The position numbers and the translations under genes are program-made. From Candidatus Undinarchaeales archaeon (GTDB lineage: Archaea > SpSt-1190 > JASMDC01), in assembly GCA_030753015.1 (NCBI GenBank), contig JASMDC010000008.1, positions 9,281-73,280 on the forward strand: a DNA stretch of 64,000 nt, written 5' to 3'. Each line of letters starts with the position of its first letter. The stretch's first letter is position 1. Below, in pieces: positions 1 through 9,656 of the stretch. The notes beneath the pieces were generated by a model, which searched no databases, was not told the DNA's origin, and saw nothing but the letters and a program-made list of their open reading frames with translations.

Positions 1-498
1 GTCGTACCCTTCATCGCGGAGTTCCTTGATGATGCCACGCAGCTCCCACGGAGCGGTGTATGCGGTCTCGTATCCATGGAGGAATGGGACCTCGTTCTCG
101 ATAGCGATATCGATGCCGCATTCGCGAGCGGTGTCGAGGATATCTCGGGCACTTGAAAGGAAGTTCTCTCTTCGTTCAATATAGTCAACACCCTCTGGAG
201 GCATACCCTCGACATGGAGCACCGCCACTTCGGCGTTCCCGGCATAGACGTGGAGCCAGGCCTTTATCGCATCGACGCTCATCTCACGGGTCTCGGGGTC
301 AGGGTCCGTCAGATGGATGTTTCGGAAGGGTAGATGGATCGAGTAGATGTCCCGATCCATGCCGTCCGGGAGGTGGTAGGGGATGATCTCGGCCTCGAAT
401 CCCTCCGCGTTGAGTGATGCGAGACCGGAATCGAGGTCTGGATCGATGGTGGAGGAGACCGTGTATCGAATACCAGGTACCTCGTATCCATCCTCCAC
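1..498 (-). CDS. sugar phosphate isomerase/epimerase family TIM-barrel protein (3' end outside window)
   Basis: Not in the ORF track. Manual translation from GTG 498 is open to the window edge and contains SIHLPF..., PETREMSVDAIK, AVLH and IAIEN, typical of the xylose isomerase-like/AP endonuclease 2 fold. Confidence 0.7.
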   Translation of the reverse strand, partial: MEDGYEVPGIRYTVSSTIDPDLDSGLASLNAEGFEAEIIPYHLPDGMDRDIYSIHLPFRNIHLTDPDPETREMSVDAIKAWLHVYAGNAEVAVLHVEGMPPEGVDYIERRENFLSSARDILDTARECGIDIAIENEVPFLHGYETAYTAPWELRGIIKELRDEGYD

Positions 499-585
499 GG
501 CACTGGCAAGCTTTGTATCTCCTATAAATACCTTTTCCGGGTAAGAGAATATGGGCCTCTTCGGTTCTGACGTGGATGAGTACCC

Positions 586-2004
586 ATGACGCTCGATGTT
601 GCCGTTATCAATCCTCCGCCGCCCACACCGAACTGTATCTCGAAGGAAGGCAGGTGCGCAGGGAGGGGATTCCTGCCCCTTATCCACCTCACACCGTTAT
701 CGCTCCTCTATCCAGCGGCGGTCATCGAGGCCCAAGGTCACACTGTCAGCGTGCATGACGGGATTGCCTACGGTCCGATACCTGCCGATGCTATTGACGC
801 CGACCTCGTTCTTGTCAATGTTTCGCCCGCGTCGTACACCATGGACATGGAGTTCGTCCGTGCCGTGAAGGAACAGAGGAAGGATACTCTTGTAGCGGCC
901 CTGGGCACACTCGCCACAACAAGGCCGGACCGTATACTGGCCGACGGAGCGGACATCGTGCTCCGTGGAGAGATCGAGTCGACCGTCGCCGAGGTCACAC
1001 AACGGCTTGTAAGCGGGAAAAAGCTGGTCGGAGTGCCAGGCCTCTCCCTCCGTTCCGGCAACAGGATCGTACACGGCGCCGATGCTGTTCGTCCGGACCT
1101 GGACGCGCTCCCCTACCCCGCACGACATCTCATCGAACGGGACAAGTACCGGTTCCTCTTCACAGGGGACATCTCAACTTCGGTGCTCACGGGGCGTGGC
1201 TGTCCAAACCAATGCACATTCTGTCCCTCGAGAATCGTCAACGGTACACGGACACGCGACAGGTACCCAAGGTCGATCGTCGAGGAGATACGCTACGTGC
1301 ATGAATCCGATGGCACGAGCCACTTCATCCTGTACTCCGATACGTTCAATGCCTCACGACGGTTCGTTCTCGATCTGTGCGATGAGCTAGTCCGGGAGAA
1401 CATGGGTATCGAGTGGGCCTGCAACAGCAGAGCGGACGGTCTCGATGACGATATATTGGGGCGGATGTCACGTGCGGGGTGCAGGCATATCACGATCGGA
1501 GCCGAGTCAGGTTCCGATGCGATACTTGAACGTGCGTGCAAGGGTGAGACCACGGCCGTGGTCAAGGAGGCCGTCGAGGCGTGTTCACGGGCCGGCATCG
1601 ATGCGTGCATGTATTTCATATTAGGTCTTCCCGGAGAGACACGTGAGACCGTACAAGAGACCATTGACTTCGCGGCATCTCTCAGTACGGATTATGTCAT
1701 GTTCTCCACGGCGACACCGTACATCGGGACGCCCTTCGCGAAAGAGGTCGGCTTCGACAACGACGACCTCGATGTGCCTCGTGACGAGGTCAACGCTATC
1801 GTGGACTCGGATGTCATCGGGATAACGCCTCAGGAGATCGAGGACGCGGTCAAGGAGTCGTATATCAGATTCTACGTGAGGCCGAACACCCTGGCGAACC
1901 ATGCATCACGGATCGTTCGACGCCCCAAGATGTTCGGTTCCACCGTCACTACAGCAGCAGGCATGGCACGGTACGTACTGGGTATGGACGTTTATGATGA
2001 GTGA
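586..2004 (+). CDS. B12-binding domain radical SAM protein
   Basis: TGRGCPNQCTFC CxxxCxxC motif, N-terminal cobalamin-binding-like domain, GAESGS and FILGLPGET motifs. Confidence 0.88.
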   Translation: MTLDVAVINPPPPTPNCISKEGRCAGRGFLPLIHLTPLSLLYPAAVIEAQGHTVSVHDGIAYGPIPADAIDADLVLVNVSPASYTMDMEFVRAVKEQRKDTLVAALGTLATTRPDRILADGADIVLRGEIESTVAEVTQRLVSGKKLVGVPGLSLRSGNRIVHGADAVRPDLDALPYPARHLIERDKYRFLFTGDISTSVLTGRGCPNQCTFCPSRIVNGTRTRDRYPRSIVEEIRYVHESDGTSHFILYSDTFNASRRFVLDLCDELVRENMGIEWACNSRADGLDDDILGRMSRAGCRHITIGAESGSDAILERACKGETTAVVKEAVEACSRAGIDACMYFILGLPGETRETVQETIDFAASLSTDYVMFSTATPYIGTPFAKEVGFDNDDLDVPRDEVNAIVDSDVIGITPQEIEDAVKESYIRFYVRPNTLANHASRIVRRPKMFGSTVTTAAGMARYVLGMDVYDE

Positions 2005-2022
2005 CCGCCGGGTAGGCATGCG

Positions 2023-3126
2023 TTATCGGCGCCGTCTGATCGACCGCGAAACCCTTACATCATGCCCGTCCAGCTCGAACTCGTCCTCGGCACCATGGTC
2101 CCTGTTAGCGCGCCAGTAGGTGGAGAGGTCCTGTAGGAAATCGGTCGGCTCCCGCAGAGGATCCTCTTCCCACTTGGTGGCCATATCAGCGACCTTGACG
2201 AAGGGGCGATACTTATTGGCATGGTGACCTGACCCGAACTGTATGTCCAGTCCCTTGTCCGAGAGCGTCGGCTTGAAGAAGTTGCAGGCGTACACGTCCG
2301 CACCGGACTCGGGCATGAGCTCCTCGATCGCCTTGAGCGCTGTCCTCTCGACATGTGGATCGAAATCGATGTTGGATACTATGAGGTCGTACTGGACCAT
2401 CTCGCCTTGTGCTTTCTTCTCTGCAAAGGCGTCGTGGTCACCGAGGGCATAGGGTTTAAGGTCATCACTGCGCTCGAACCTGACCGCTGCAATGCGTACG
2501 TACCAGTCCTTTCCGATGCGCTCCTTGTAGGCGTCATCGATGCAGATGAACGAATCGTGCTCACCCAGGTGATGCTTGAGGCCACCGGAGCTCTCCACTC
2601 GTTCTCGGACCTGTTGGACTGAATAGGGTCGGGCGGTTGGAGTGGTCGTCTGTCCAGCTTGTTCGACCTCGTCCCATTTGACAGACCGTCCGACGACGCG
2701 GTAGCCTTCGGCTTGGCGCTCCACATCCTCACCGGTCGGATACAATGCGATGGGTTCGTTGCTCAGGCCGAGCTTTGAGATCCTCTTCATGTCCTTTTGT
2801 AGGTCACGGTCCTTGGGTATGTGGGAGTAGATCCTGATGACCCCGAGCTCACCCTCGGAATCTGTGTACACACAGTCGACGTTGCCCCAGGTCGAAGTGG
2901 ACATACGCTTGAGGTCCACGCCGAAGGCCATTGAATCGACGTCCTTACCGACGATCGATGATGCGTCGTCGACGAGCTCGTCGATGAGACCGTCCTTGCT
3001 CTCGGCATAGGTCGACGCGGAGACCGCGGCCGTGATGAGATGCGGTTTATCGGAGTACGGGACGAGCTTACGCTCGAGGTAATCCTCACCCTCGGGCTCG
3101 AGCTCATCGAGTCCTCCGTACAGCAT
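2023..3126 (-). CDS. hypothetical acidic cytoplasmic protein
   Basis: Long ORF with no recognised motif. Start moved to ATG 3126 because a TATAAATA box lies at about 3153-3160. Confidence 0.7.
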   Translation of the reverse strand: MLYGGLDELEPEGEDYLERKLVPYSDKPHLITAAVSASTYAESKDGLIDELVDDASSIVGKDVDSMAFGVDLKRMSTSTWGNVDCVYTDSEGELGVIRIYSHIPKDRDLQKDMKRISKLGLSNEPIALYPTGEDVERQAEGYRVVGRSVKWDEVEQAGQTTTPTARPYSVQQVRERVESSGGLKHHLGEHDSFICIDDAYKERIGKDWYVRIAAVRFERSDDLKPYALGDHDAFAEKKAQGEMVQYDLIVSNIDFDPHVERTALKAIEELMPESGADVYACNFFKPTLSDKGLDIQFGSGHHANKYRPFVKVADMATKWEEDPLREPTDFLQDLSTYWRANRDHGAEDEFELDGHDVRVSRSIRRRR

Positions 3127-3290
3127 GATGATGTAACGTGCCCCTTTACCTGTATTTATACGTTCCCACGGGCCAGTAGTATCACGATGGTGATTATCTC
3201 CCAATTAGATAATGAGCAATGAGAAATAAGTACGGAGAAGGCTCTAGGAGAATAAGGTTGAGAAGGAGGGAAAATCCCTCCCCCTCTGTA

Positions 3291-3408
3291 TCCCGCCGCC
3301 CGGATTTGAACTGGGGACATCTCGGTTGCTGTACGAACACCCGCTACCAGCAAGCACGCATGGTGCTCGCCTACAGCCGAGCGCTCTGCCAGACTGAGCT
3401 ACGGCGGG
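3291..3408 (-). tRNA. tRNA-Tyr(GUA) with a 44-nt intron at position 37/38 (3327-3370)
   Basis: CCCGCCG acceptor stem (C1:G72, A73), anticodon arm CTCGG-CTGTAG/A-CCGAG, TTCAAAT T-loop. The intron 3' end ACAG pairs with CTGT to give a relaxed bulge-helix-bulge. CCA is not encoded. Confidence 0.93.
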
Positions 3409-3447
3409 ACTGGCAGACATTTCGAGGGCACATAGGTTTAAATAAGC

Positions 3448-5016
3448 TTACTCCTCGGCAGCGCCTTCCCACGATACGGGATTGGACTCAATATCGATCT
3501 TCCTCCCATCAGGTCGGCTGTGGAGGATCCGTGCAGGGGGAAGGTCAACGGTGCCGATGACCTCGATGACGCTCGTCATCGAATAAGAGAACACACGTTC
3601 CTCCTTCGGCTCCAGTCTTTCGACGGTCCATATCACTTCGGTCCACTGTTCACCTCGTTGGATGGTGGTCGGTTTGAGCGTTGGGAACGAACGAGAGATC
3701 TTTGCCATGAGAGGAACACGATCGATCACGCTCACGTTCGCGATAGCACGCTCAGAGAAGTTGCGCAGGTGGATCGAGATGGACGCATATTCCTCACCCC
3801 TCTTGTTCTTCTTGATGGATATCTCTTTCTCGAGCGTGAGCGCCCTGCTGGTCTGGAGTACGAAGATTGCTGCGAGCACGATAGCCACGGTCACAGCGAG
3901 GAAGGGAATGTATGACACTTCTATGTGTACCTCTGCTTCTTGGAGAGGATCGAGGGAAACATCCCATACGTACAGGTAAGCATTACGTTCAGAGACCTTG
4001 CGGGTAGGACGGGGCTCTGCAATGGTGAAGATGTCGAGGTACCACGGGATGCGCTCTTGAACAGGGTACACCGTGGGCGTATTACCCTTGTTGCGTAACC
4101 TGTAAGTCGTCTTCTTACGCATCATCTCCTTTTCGATGACTGGGAAAACATCTACACCGCTCTTGATACCGACTGTGAAACCAAGGCTCTCTGGACCAAT
4201 GGTGAGACCTCCGGCCATGACCGAGACTGTGATCGTGTAGTCGCCGGGGACGATGTCCCGTTCGAGCGTCACCGAGTGAGAGGCGCTCAATGTCCCACCA
4301 TCCTTGTGCACGGTAACAGGCGTTCTTCTGATGATGGGGGGGATTATATCGCCATGGATGTCAACTATCTGCACGTCGACATCGAGACTACCTACTTCGA
4401 TGTTAACGGCGTTCTCGACGATAATGTCGATATCGATACCCTCTTCGGGATAGAAGGGTCCGGGGTTACGGAGCGAAAGGCTAAGCGAAGGATTGAACAC
4501 CGGCTCTGGTGTTGGAACAGGCGTGGGCGTGGGCGTGACAACGACGACTGTTACCTCAACTCGTTCGATGACCTCGGGGGTCGGTTCTGGAGGTGGTGGC
4601 GGGAGGACCTGGACATAGAACTCGTCCTCAGAACGGGATTCAGCGACGAGGTTGCGGCTCGCATTGTAATGACGAGCTATCATTGAAACGGAGAACGCAT
4701 AGGTATAAGACCGCGTCCCGTTGGGTGGGAGGATACTGAGGATATTCTTCCCCCTGCGACCGCCAGATGCCAATGTGAACGAATGGTCCATACTTGGCCG
4801 GACCCAGGTGGGGTGGGAGCCTTTAGGCGTGAGGACGATCTCCATTGAACCATTGTAGCGGTTCTCGACCACGACCTCATAGGTCGCATCTTCGCCAGCC
4901 ATGACGGCGCCCTTCATGGCCTTTACTGACAATCTCACGGAGTCGACCGTCTCGACCGATGCGCAGAGTGTAACGAGCGCCAGCGCAAGAGCGAACAGGA
5001 GGCGTGCCCGATGCAT
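3448..5016 (-). CDS. signal-peptide membrane protein with Ig/CARDB-like beta domains and Pro/Thr linker
   Basis: N-terminal signal peptide, PPPPPEPTP/TPTPTPVPTP linker, TM segment YIPFLAVTVAIVLAAIFVL, C-terminal beta domain. Confidence 0.75.
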   Translation of the reverse strand: MHRARLLFALALALVTLCASVETVDSVRLSVKAMKGAVMAGEDATYEVVVENRYNGSMEIVLTPKGSHPTWVRPSMDHSFTLASGGRRGKNILSILPPNGTRSYTYAFSVSMIARHYNASRNLVAESRSEDEFYVQVLPPPPPEPTPEVIERVEVTVVVVTPTPTPVPTPEPVFNPSLSLSLRNPGPFYPEEGIDIDIIVENAVNIEVGSLDVDVQIVDIHGDIIPPIIRRTPVTVHKDGGTLSASHSVTLERDIVPGDYTITVSVMAGGLTIGPESLGFTVGIKSGVDVFPVIEKEMMRKKTTYRLRNKGNTPTVYPVQERIPWYLDIFTIAEPRPTRKVSERNAYLYVWDVSLDPLQEAEVHIEVSYIPFLAVTVAIVLAAIFVLQTSRALTLEKEISIKKNKRGEEYASISIHLRNFSERAIANVSVIDRVPLMAKISRSFPTLKPTTIQRGEQWTEVIWTVERLEPKEERVFSYSMTSVIEVIGTVDLPPARILHSRPDGRKIDIESNPVSWEGAAEE

Positions 5017-5083
5017 CGGGCGCGAATGGGTACCGAAGCTTTAAATTCTTACCCGGGGTCGCGGTCCGTCGGTTCTGCCTGTT

Positions 5084-6022
5084 CTACCCTGTCAGGGAGT
5101 AGGACACCTCGACGTCCCTGTCCTGATAGAGCCAGACTCCTTCGAGAGAGACCGTTATGGCCTTCTGCGTGCCGCGGAGGTTGCTGAGAGAGCTCTCCTT
5201 CAGTGGGAGGATGATCCGGACCTGGAACTCGTCGTTGTCAAACGAGACGTTCTCGAGCGTCACCTTGTTGTCCAGAATCTTGCACATCTTAGTAGACGTG
5301 GCATCCTCGTACTCACACGTGCTCTTGGCGAGGTCGAAGTCGTCGGCCCTGGGCACATTGATGATGAGCTGGGGGATCTTGTCCTCGAGCACACCGCTGT
5401 TATCGGTGATGCCTTTCTTGACGGTGATCTCGATCGACACCTCGGCATCCTTGTCGAGGGGGACCTCCTGCGGATCTACCTCGATGACGATTGGGACGAT
5501 CTCGGACTCAGTAGTCGTGGAACCGCTCTCTTTCGTGTCAGCGGAATCAGAGATCTTGAACGTGTTGGCGGCCTTTACAGATGTCTTGTACTTGATTCGC
5601 ACCTTCAGCTTTTCGGGGTTCATGGCGGGAACGAAATCGGTCTTTGCCTTTACCGCGACGGTCCACTTCTCATCGTCCTCGTCGCCGTTCTTCATGTTGA
5701 GGGCGATGGTCTTCCACATGTTGCCCTTGTCAATCTCCATGTTCACGGGATCCGTGAGCACAAGAGCCTTCACATCCTCGATAGCGTCAAGAAGTCCGTT
5801 CTTGACAGAGATCTTAAGCTTGATACGGTCACCGGGCTCGGGATTGGAGGGCACGACGGAGGACGTCACTTCTACCTTTCCTGCGAAGATACCACCTTTA
5901 GTGGTACCGGTACCGCTACCCGTGCCCGTACCTCCGCCACCCGTGGGATCAGTGCATCCTGCCATGAGCAACAGCCCGCAGAGCACGACCATGATTATCC
6001 CAATGTCCTTCAGTGATGCCAT
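5084..6022 (-). CDS. putative lipoprotein (paralogue of 6034-6981)
   Basis: Lipobox LMAGC, Gly/Thr linker. Shares VKNGLLD.IEDVKA and IVP..IEVDP with its neighbour. Confidence 0.75.
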   Translation of the reverse strand: MASLKDIGIIMVVLCGLLLMAGCTDPTGGGGTGTGSGTGTTKGGIFAGKVEVTSSVVPSNPEPGDRIKLKISVKNGLLDAIEDVKALVLTDPVNMEIDKGNMWKTIALNMKNGDEDDEKWTVAVKAKTDFVPAMNPEKLKVRIKYKTSVKAANTFKISDSADTKESGSTTTESEIVPIVIEVDPQEVPLDKDAEVSIEITVKKGITDNSGVLEDKIPQLIINVPRADDFDLAKSTCEYEDATSTKMCKILDNKVTLENVSFDNDEFQVRIILPLKESSLSNLRGTQKAITVSLEGVWLYQDRDVEVSYSLTG

Positions 6023-6033
6023 CCTAGGTCACC

Positions 6034-6981
6034 TCAATCCGTAAGGTCGTACGACAACGATATCGTCGTATCCTTGTAGAGTTTAATCCTATTGATGCCG
6101 ACCCGGACCAAGCGCTCAGTACCACGCATCTCGTTGAGCGAGGATTCCTTCATGGGGAGCACGATGTGAACGCTCAACTCCTCGGAATGGAACTTGACGT
6201 CCTCCAGAGTGATAGAACCACCGGACAAGGAGCAGGTCTTTGTCTCTGCCTGGTCCTCGTACGTACACGTAGGTGTGTCGAAGTCGCCGACATCGGGGAT
6301 CTCTATCACAATCTGTTCGATGCTGTCAAGGAGGACACCGCTGGTCTCGTCAGCTCCCTTGAGCACCTTGATGTCGATGACGACCTCCTCATCCTTGTCG
6401 AGCGGGATGATGCTCGGATCTACTTCGATGGTAACGGGTACGATTGAGGAAGTTGAAGTGGCCTTATCGCGTGTACCGCCATCTGGAGTGTCCGCGATGC
6501 CGAACTTCGTGGCGGCATGCACGGATGTCGAGTAGGTAGTCCGCACCTTGATCTCTTCGGGATTGTTATCAGGCACGAACTCGCCGCGGTCCTTGACCGT
6601 CATACGCCATTTGGCGTCACCGTCGTCGCCGTTCTTCAATGTCGAGTCCACGGTCTTGAGCATTTCCCTGTCTGTGATATCGACGTTAGCGGGATTCGAT
6701 AGGATCTTGGCCTTCACGTCCTCGATATCATCGAGAAGACCGTTCTTCACCGTGAGGGTCATGCCTATTCGTTCCTTTGGCTTCGGGCTATCCTTGTCGA
6801 GCTCGATGGAAACGCTGACGGCCTCGCCAACGGATACAGGATCGCCGGGCTTCACGGTCGATGAGCCGCCCGAACTACCACCGGAGCCCGGTACTTTCGG
6901 TTCACTGTCCACCTTCTCGCACCCTGCGAAAAACACCAAAGTACATATGACAAATATAGCGGTAATCCTATCAGTTCTCAT
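6034..6981 (-). CDS. putative lipoprotein (paralogue of 5084-6022)
   Basis: Lipobox FFAGC, Gly/Ser linker, collinear similarity to the downstream gene. Confidence 0.75.
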   Translation of the reverse strand: MRTDRITAIFVICTLVFFAGCEKVDSEPKVPGSGGSSGGSSTVKPGDPVSVGEAVSVSIELDKDSPKPKERIGMTLTVKNGLLDDIEDVKAKILSNPANVDITDREMLKTVDSTLKNGDDGDAKWRMTVKDRGEFVPDNNPEEIKVRTTYSTSVHAATKFGIADTPDGGTRDKATSTSSIVPVTIEVDPSIIPLDKDEEVVIDIKVLKGADETSGVLLDSIEQIVIEIPDVGDFDTPTCTYEDQAETKTCSLSGGSITLEDVKFHSEELSVHIVLPMKESSLNEMRGTERLVRVGINRIKLYKDTTISLSYDLTD

Positions 6982-8267
6982 ATCATTCTCACCTCAAGGG
7001 TCCCAAGATACACCGTCCCATTTGAGACTAGTTGAATATTGTTGTGTCCGGATATTAAATATGTTGGGTTTATTGGTAGATTTACCTTTCCTTGTTCCGC
7101 TTCTCCCTTGATTATTGACCTGCTCCCTTCACGGTTCATGATATACACGGTCAGCCAGCTCCGCTTTTTTGCCTGGCTCACGTCGAGCGATAAGGATAGT
7201 CCGCGCTGGTTACGCTTCAGCTCGTAGATCTCCTGACTTGTGAGGTTGAACTCGTAGGACGCCTCAGGGGCGACCTTGGGCGAGTAGAACACGATAAGCT
7301 CGATGTCACCAAGATGATAGCTCCCACCCTCTCCGGATGAGAACGTGATTGTGTTCATCGTATGGAGCATGTTCCGTGGTAAGGAGAAGTCGATCGTGTA
7401 CGGTGGCGCGGTCTTTTCGCGGACCCTGCCCGTGAAAACGATGTAGTCGTTGATAGCGATACTGAGCTCGCCTGTCGGGTCCGCCTGGCCGACGCTGAAC
7501 ACGAGCCTGCCTTTCACCCATCCCTTGATCTCCCGTCGCGAGAGGGCGAAGCGCTTCTTGTCGCTGACAACCTGCCCCTTCCTGCTGGCTAGGGTCAGTC
7601 CGGAGAGGATATAGGTGGTCGGGGACCACACTCGCCATCCGCTCCCGGACGCGTCGACGTCGATCCGGTTCTCCCCGTTCTTGAGCAGATGTGCGAACTG
7701 AAGAGGATCGATGCCGTACTCACCAGTATCGGTGACCTGTGACCAGATGACCTTGTCGTTGAGGCGTATGACGAGCCGACCGTTACGGTTGGTGGAGAGG
7801 ACCGTGAAATTGAGCCGGCTGCCGATAAGCTGGTCGAAGTTCTCACGTGACAGGGTGAAATGCGCCTTGTGGACGCTCTCTGTCATCACACCGCGGGAGA
7901 CCTCTAGCGGTCCGGTCATGGTAAGAAGGGATACAGCACCGCCCTTGTTCTTTATGTACGCCTCGTAATGGTGTGAGGGTGGTGTCGCCTCGAGGTCCAC
8001 CGAGACCGATCGGACGGTGTACTCGGATCCGATGGGGCCGATGGTCGTCCGGAGTATCAATCCCGTCGAAGGATCTCGCTCGACATCGTCCTCCGGATCC
8101 TCCTCGTCCGGTAGTTCACGAACAGCAGGCGTCGGTACGGGCGACGCGAGGGCGACGTTATCGTCCGGGACCATGGTACCGAACCGTAGGAATACGAGTA
8201 GGATTGACAACACGAGGAGCAGGAGGCCCGCGTTAACCAGGTCCCTTCGTATCCCCTCGAGCGCCAT
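6978..8267 (-). CDS. membrane-anchored beta-rich hypothetical protein
   Basis: N-terminal TM helix and repeated beta-sandwich-like segments (LVIRLND.., LSIAIND..). 4-nt overlap with the next gene suggests an operon. Confidence 0.7.
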   Translation of the reverse strand: MALEGIRRDLVNAGLLLLVLSILLVFLRFGTMVPDDNVALASPVPTPAVRELPDEEDPEDDVERDPSTGLILRTTIGPIGSEYTVRSVSVDLEATPPSHHYEAYIKNKGGAVSLLTMTGPLEVSRGVMTESVHKAHFTLSRENFDQLIGSRLNFTVLSTNRNGRLVIRLNDKVIWSQVTDTGEYGIDPLQFAHLLKNGENRIDVDASGSGWRVWSPTTYILSGLTLASRKGQVVSDKKRFALSRREIKGWVKGRLVFSVGQADPTGELSIAINDYIVFTGRVREKTAPPYTIDFSLPRNMLHTMNTITFSSGEGGSYHLGDIELIVFYSPKVAPEASYEFNLTSQEIYELKRNQRGLSLSLDVSQAKKRSWLTVYIMNREGSRSIIKGEAEQGKVNLPINPTYLISGHNNIQLVSNGTVYLGTLEVRMI

Positions 8268-8351
8268 TATTCGGTACCGTTAATAAAAGAGTGTGATGTT
8301 CCTTTTTATAGGTGCAGTGTCTGTGATATTCAAGGATGGAGGTGAAAGCAG

Positions 8352-9431
8352 GTGAAGGTCCTCAGGCGTGATCTAAAGCATGACATGCTCAAGCTCCTGG
8401 TGGAGAACATCGACGACCTCTGGCACCTCCATCACGTCATCGAACCCCATGATGTGCTCTCCGGTCGTACCTTCAGGCGCGTGCAGTCTCGTGGTCCGGA
8501 TGAGGCCAGGGGAGAGAAGCGCCCAATGTTCCTCAAGATAGCCGTCGAGCGCATCGAGTACCACGAGTTCGCCAACATCCTCCGCGTCTCAGGACCCATC
8601 ACCGAAGGCCCGCCGGACGCGTCCCTTGGCTCGTACCACACCTTCGGGCTCGAGGATGGATCGGTGTTCACCCTCGTCAAACCCGGTCGATGGGGCAAGT
8701 ACCACCTCGAGCGCGTCCAGACGGCGACCAAGCTCCGAAAGAAGGTGCTCGTCGCTATCGTGGAACCGGGTGAGGCGACCATCGCGCTAGTCCATGCATA
8801 TGGTGTGCGGATGCTCGCGACAGTGGCGACGAACCTCCCGTCGAAGCGGAACGATCCCGATGGATACACGTCGAAGGAACTAAACTTCTATGAAGACGTC
8901 GTGAAGGCCATGGGTGAAGCGATCGAGTCGCATGAACCGAGCGGTACGATCATCGCAGGGCCGGGCTGGGCGAAGGATAAGCTCGCAGCCGTGTTCCGCA
9001 AGGAACGTCCTGACGACCGGGCGCATGTGGAGGGCATCGGCTCGGCCGGTGAGACTGGCGTGAACGAGGTCATCAAGCGCGGCACCGTCGGCAAGCTCTA
9101 CGCGGACAGCAGGGTCGCCATGGAGATGGGTCTGATAGAGAGCCTCATGTCGAGCATCTCAAAGGAGGATGATCTCGCCACGTACGGTACTGACGATGTG
9201 CGCTACGCTGTTGAATGCGGTGCGGTCAGCCACCTCCTTGTTACGGACGAGGTGTTCAGGCACGCCAACGCGAGCGGTAAGGGCGACGATCTCGACAAGC
9301 TCATGGAGGACGCCGCCCAGAAGCGCGGGGACGTCATTATCGTCAGCTCCGAACACGAGGGTGGACGACGGCTCGAAGGGCTCGGCGGCATCGCTGCACT
9401 TCTCAGGTATCCTCTCCCAACAAAAGAATGA
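8352..9431 (+). CDS. pelA: mRNA surveillance protein pelota
   Basis: ENIDDLWHL, LRVSG, GSYHT, IAGPG and SSEHEGGRRLEGLGGIAALLRY eRF1-family motifs. GGAGGTGA Shine-Dalgarno upstream. Confidence 0.96.
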   Translation: MKVLRRDLKHDMLKLLVENIDDLWHLHHVIEPHDVLSGRTFRRVQSRGPDEARGEKRPMFLKIAVERIEYHEFANILRVSGPITEGPPDASLGSYHTFGLEDGSVFTLVKPGRWGKYHLERVQTATKLRKKVLVAIVEPGEATIALVHAYGVRMLATVATNLPSKRNDPDGYTSKELNFYEDVVKAMGEAIESHEPSGTIIAGPGWAKDKLAAVFRKERPDDRAHVEGIGSAGETGVNEVIKRGTVGKLYADSRVAMEMGLIESLMSSISKEDDLATYGTDDVRYAVECGAVSHLLVTDEVFRHANASGKGDDLDKLMEDAAQKRGDVIIVSSEHEGGRRLEGLGGIAALLRYPLPTKE

Positions 9432-9434
9432 GAA

Positions 9435-9595
9435 GGATGTGGCCCGTCACACTAACCCCCTTGCTTCATCGAATGCCGGTCGGCGTGCTCCACAGGATAA
9501 CCCTCGCGGCGGGCCATGTCCGGTGCCCGGGTGGTCTCCTGCTCATCGATTCGACGACACGTCGCTCTTGCAGAAGGACCTAAAAGGCACCACAT
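9435..9595 (-). ncRNA. two-hairpin box H/ACA guide sRNA
   Basis: Hairpin 1 GGTGCC...GGCACC-GG-ACA and hairpin 2 GGCCCG...CGGGCC-ACA. Each carries GA/CGATGA K-turn-like elements. BRE/TATA (CGAAACTTATTTAT) lies about 25 nt upstream. The pocket of hairpin 2 is complementary to archaeal 23S helix 69. Confidence 0.78.
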
Positions 9596-9656
9596 CATCA
9601 TAGGACTGTTGTCGATAAATAAGTTTCGGCGAGGGACGTTGATGAGATAAGTAGGA

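Noticed and set aside
586-2004. GDGT ring synthase/methylase assignment for the two B12-radical SAM genes (also 30774-32243)
   Set aside because: The domain architecture is compatible but shared by many families, and cannot be resolved without a phylogeny.
5157-7111. long antisense ORFs (295 aa, 187 aa)
   Set aside because: Ser-rich shadows of the lipoprotein genes, typical of high-GC DNA.
9435-9600. RNase P RNA, SRP RNA or C/D sRNA
   Set aside because: AAGGGGGTTA loosely resembles RNase P CR-V, but there is no GAGGAAAGTCC and the RNA is too short. No SRP helix 8 or CUGA D box is present. The H/ACA fold explains it better.
9169-9603. 144-aa plus-strand ORF
   Set aside because: Out-of-frame overlap with pelA and antisense to the H/ACA RNA.
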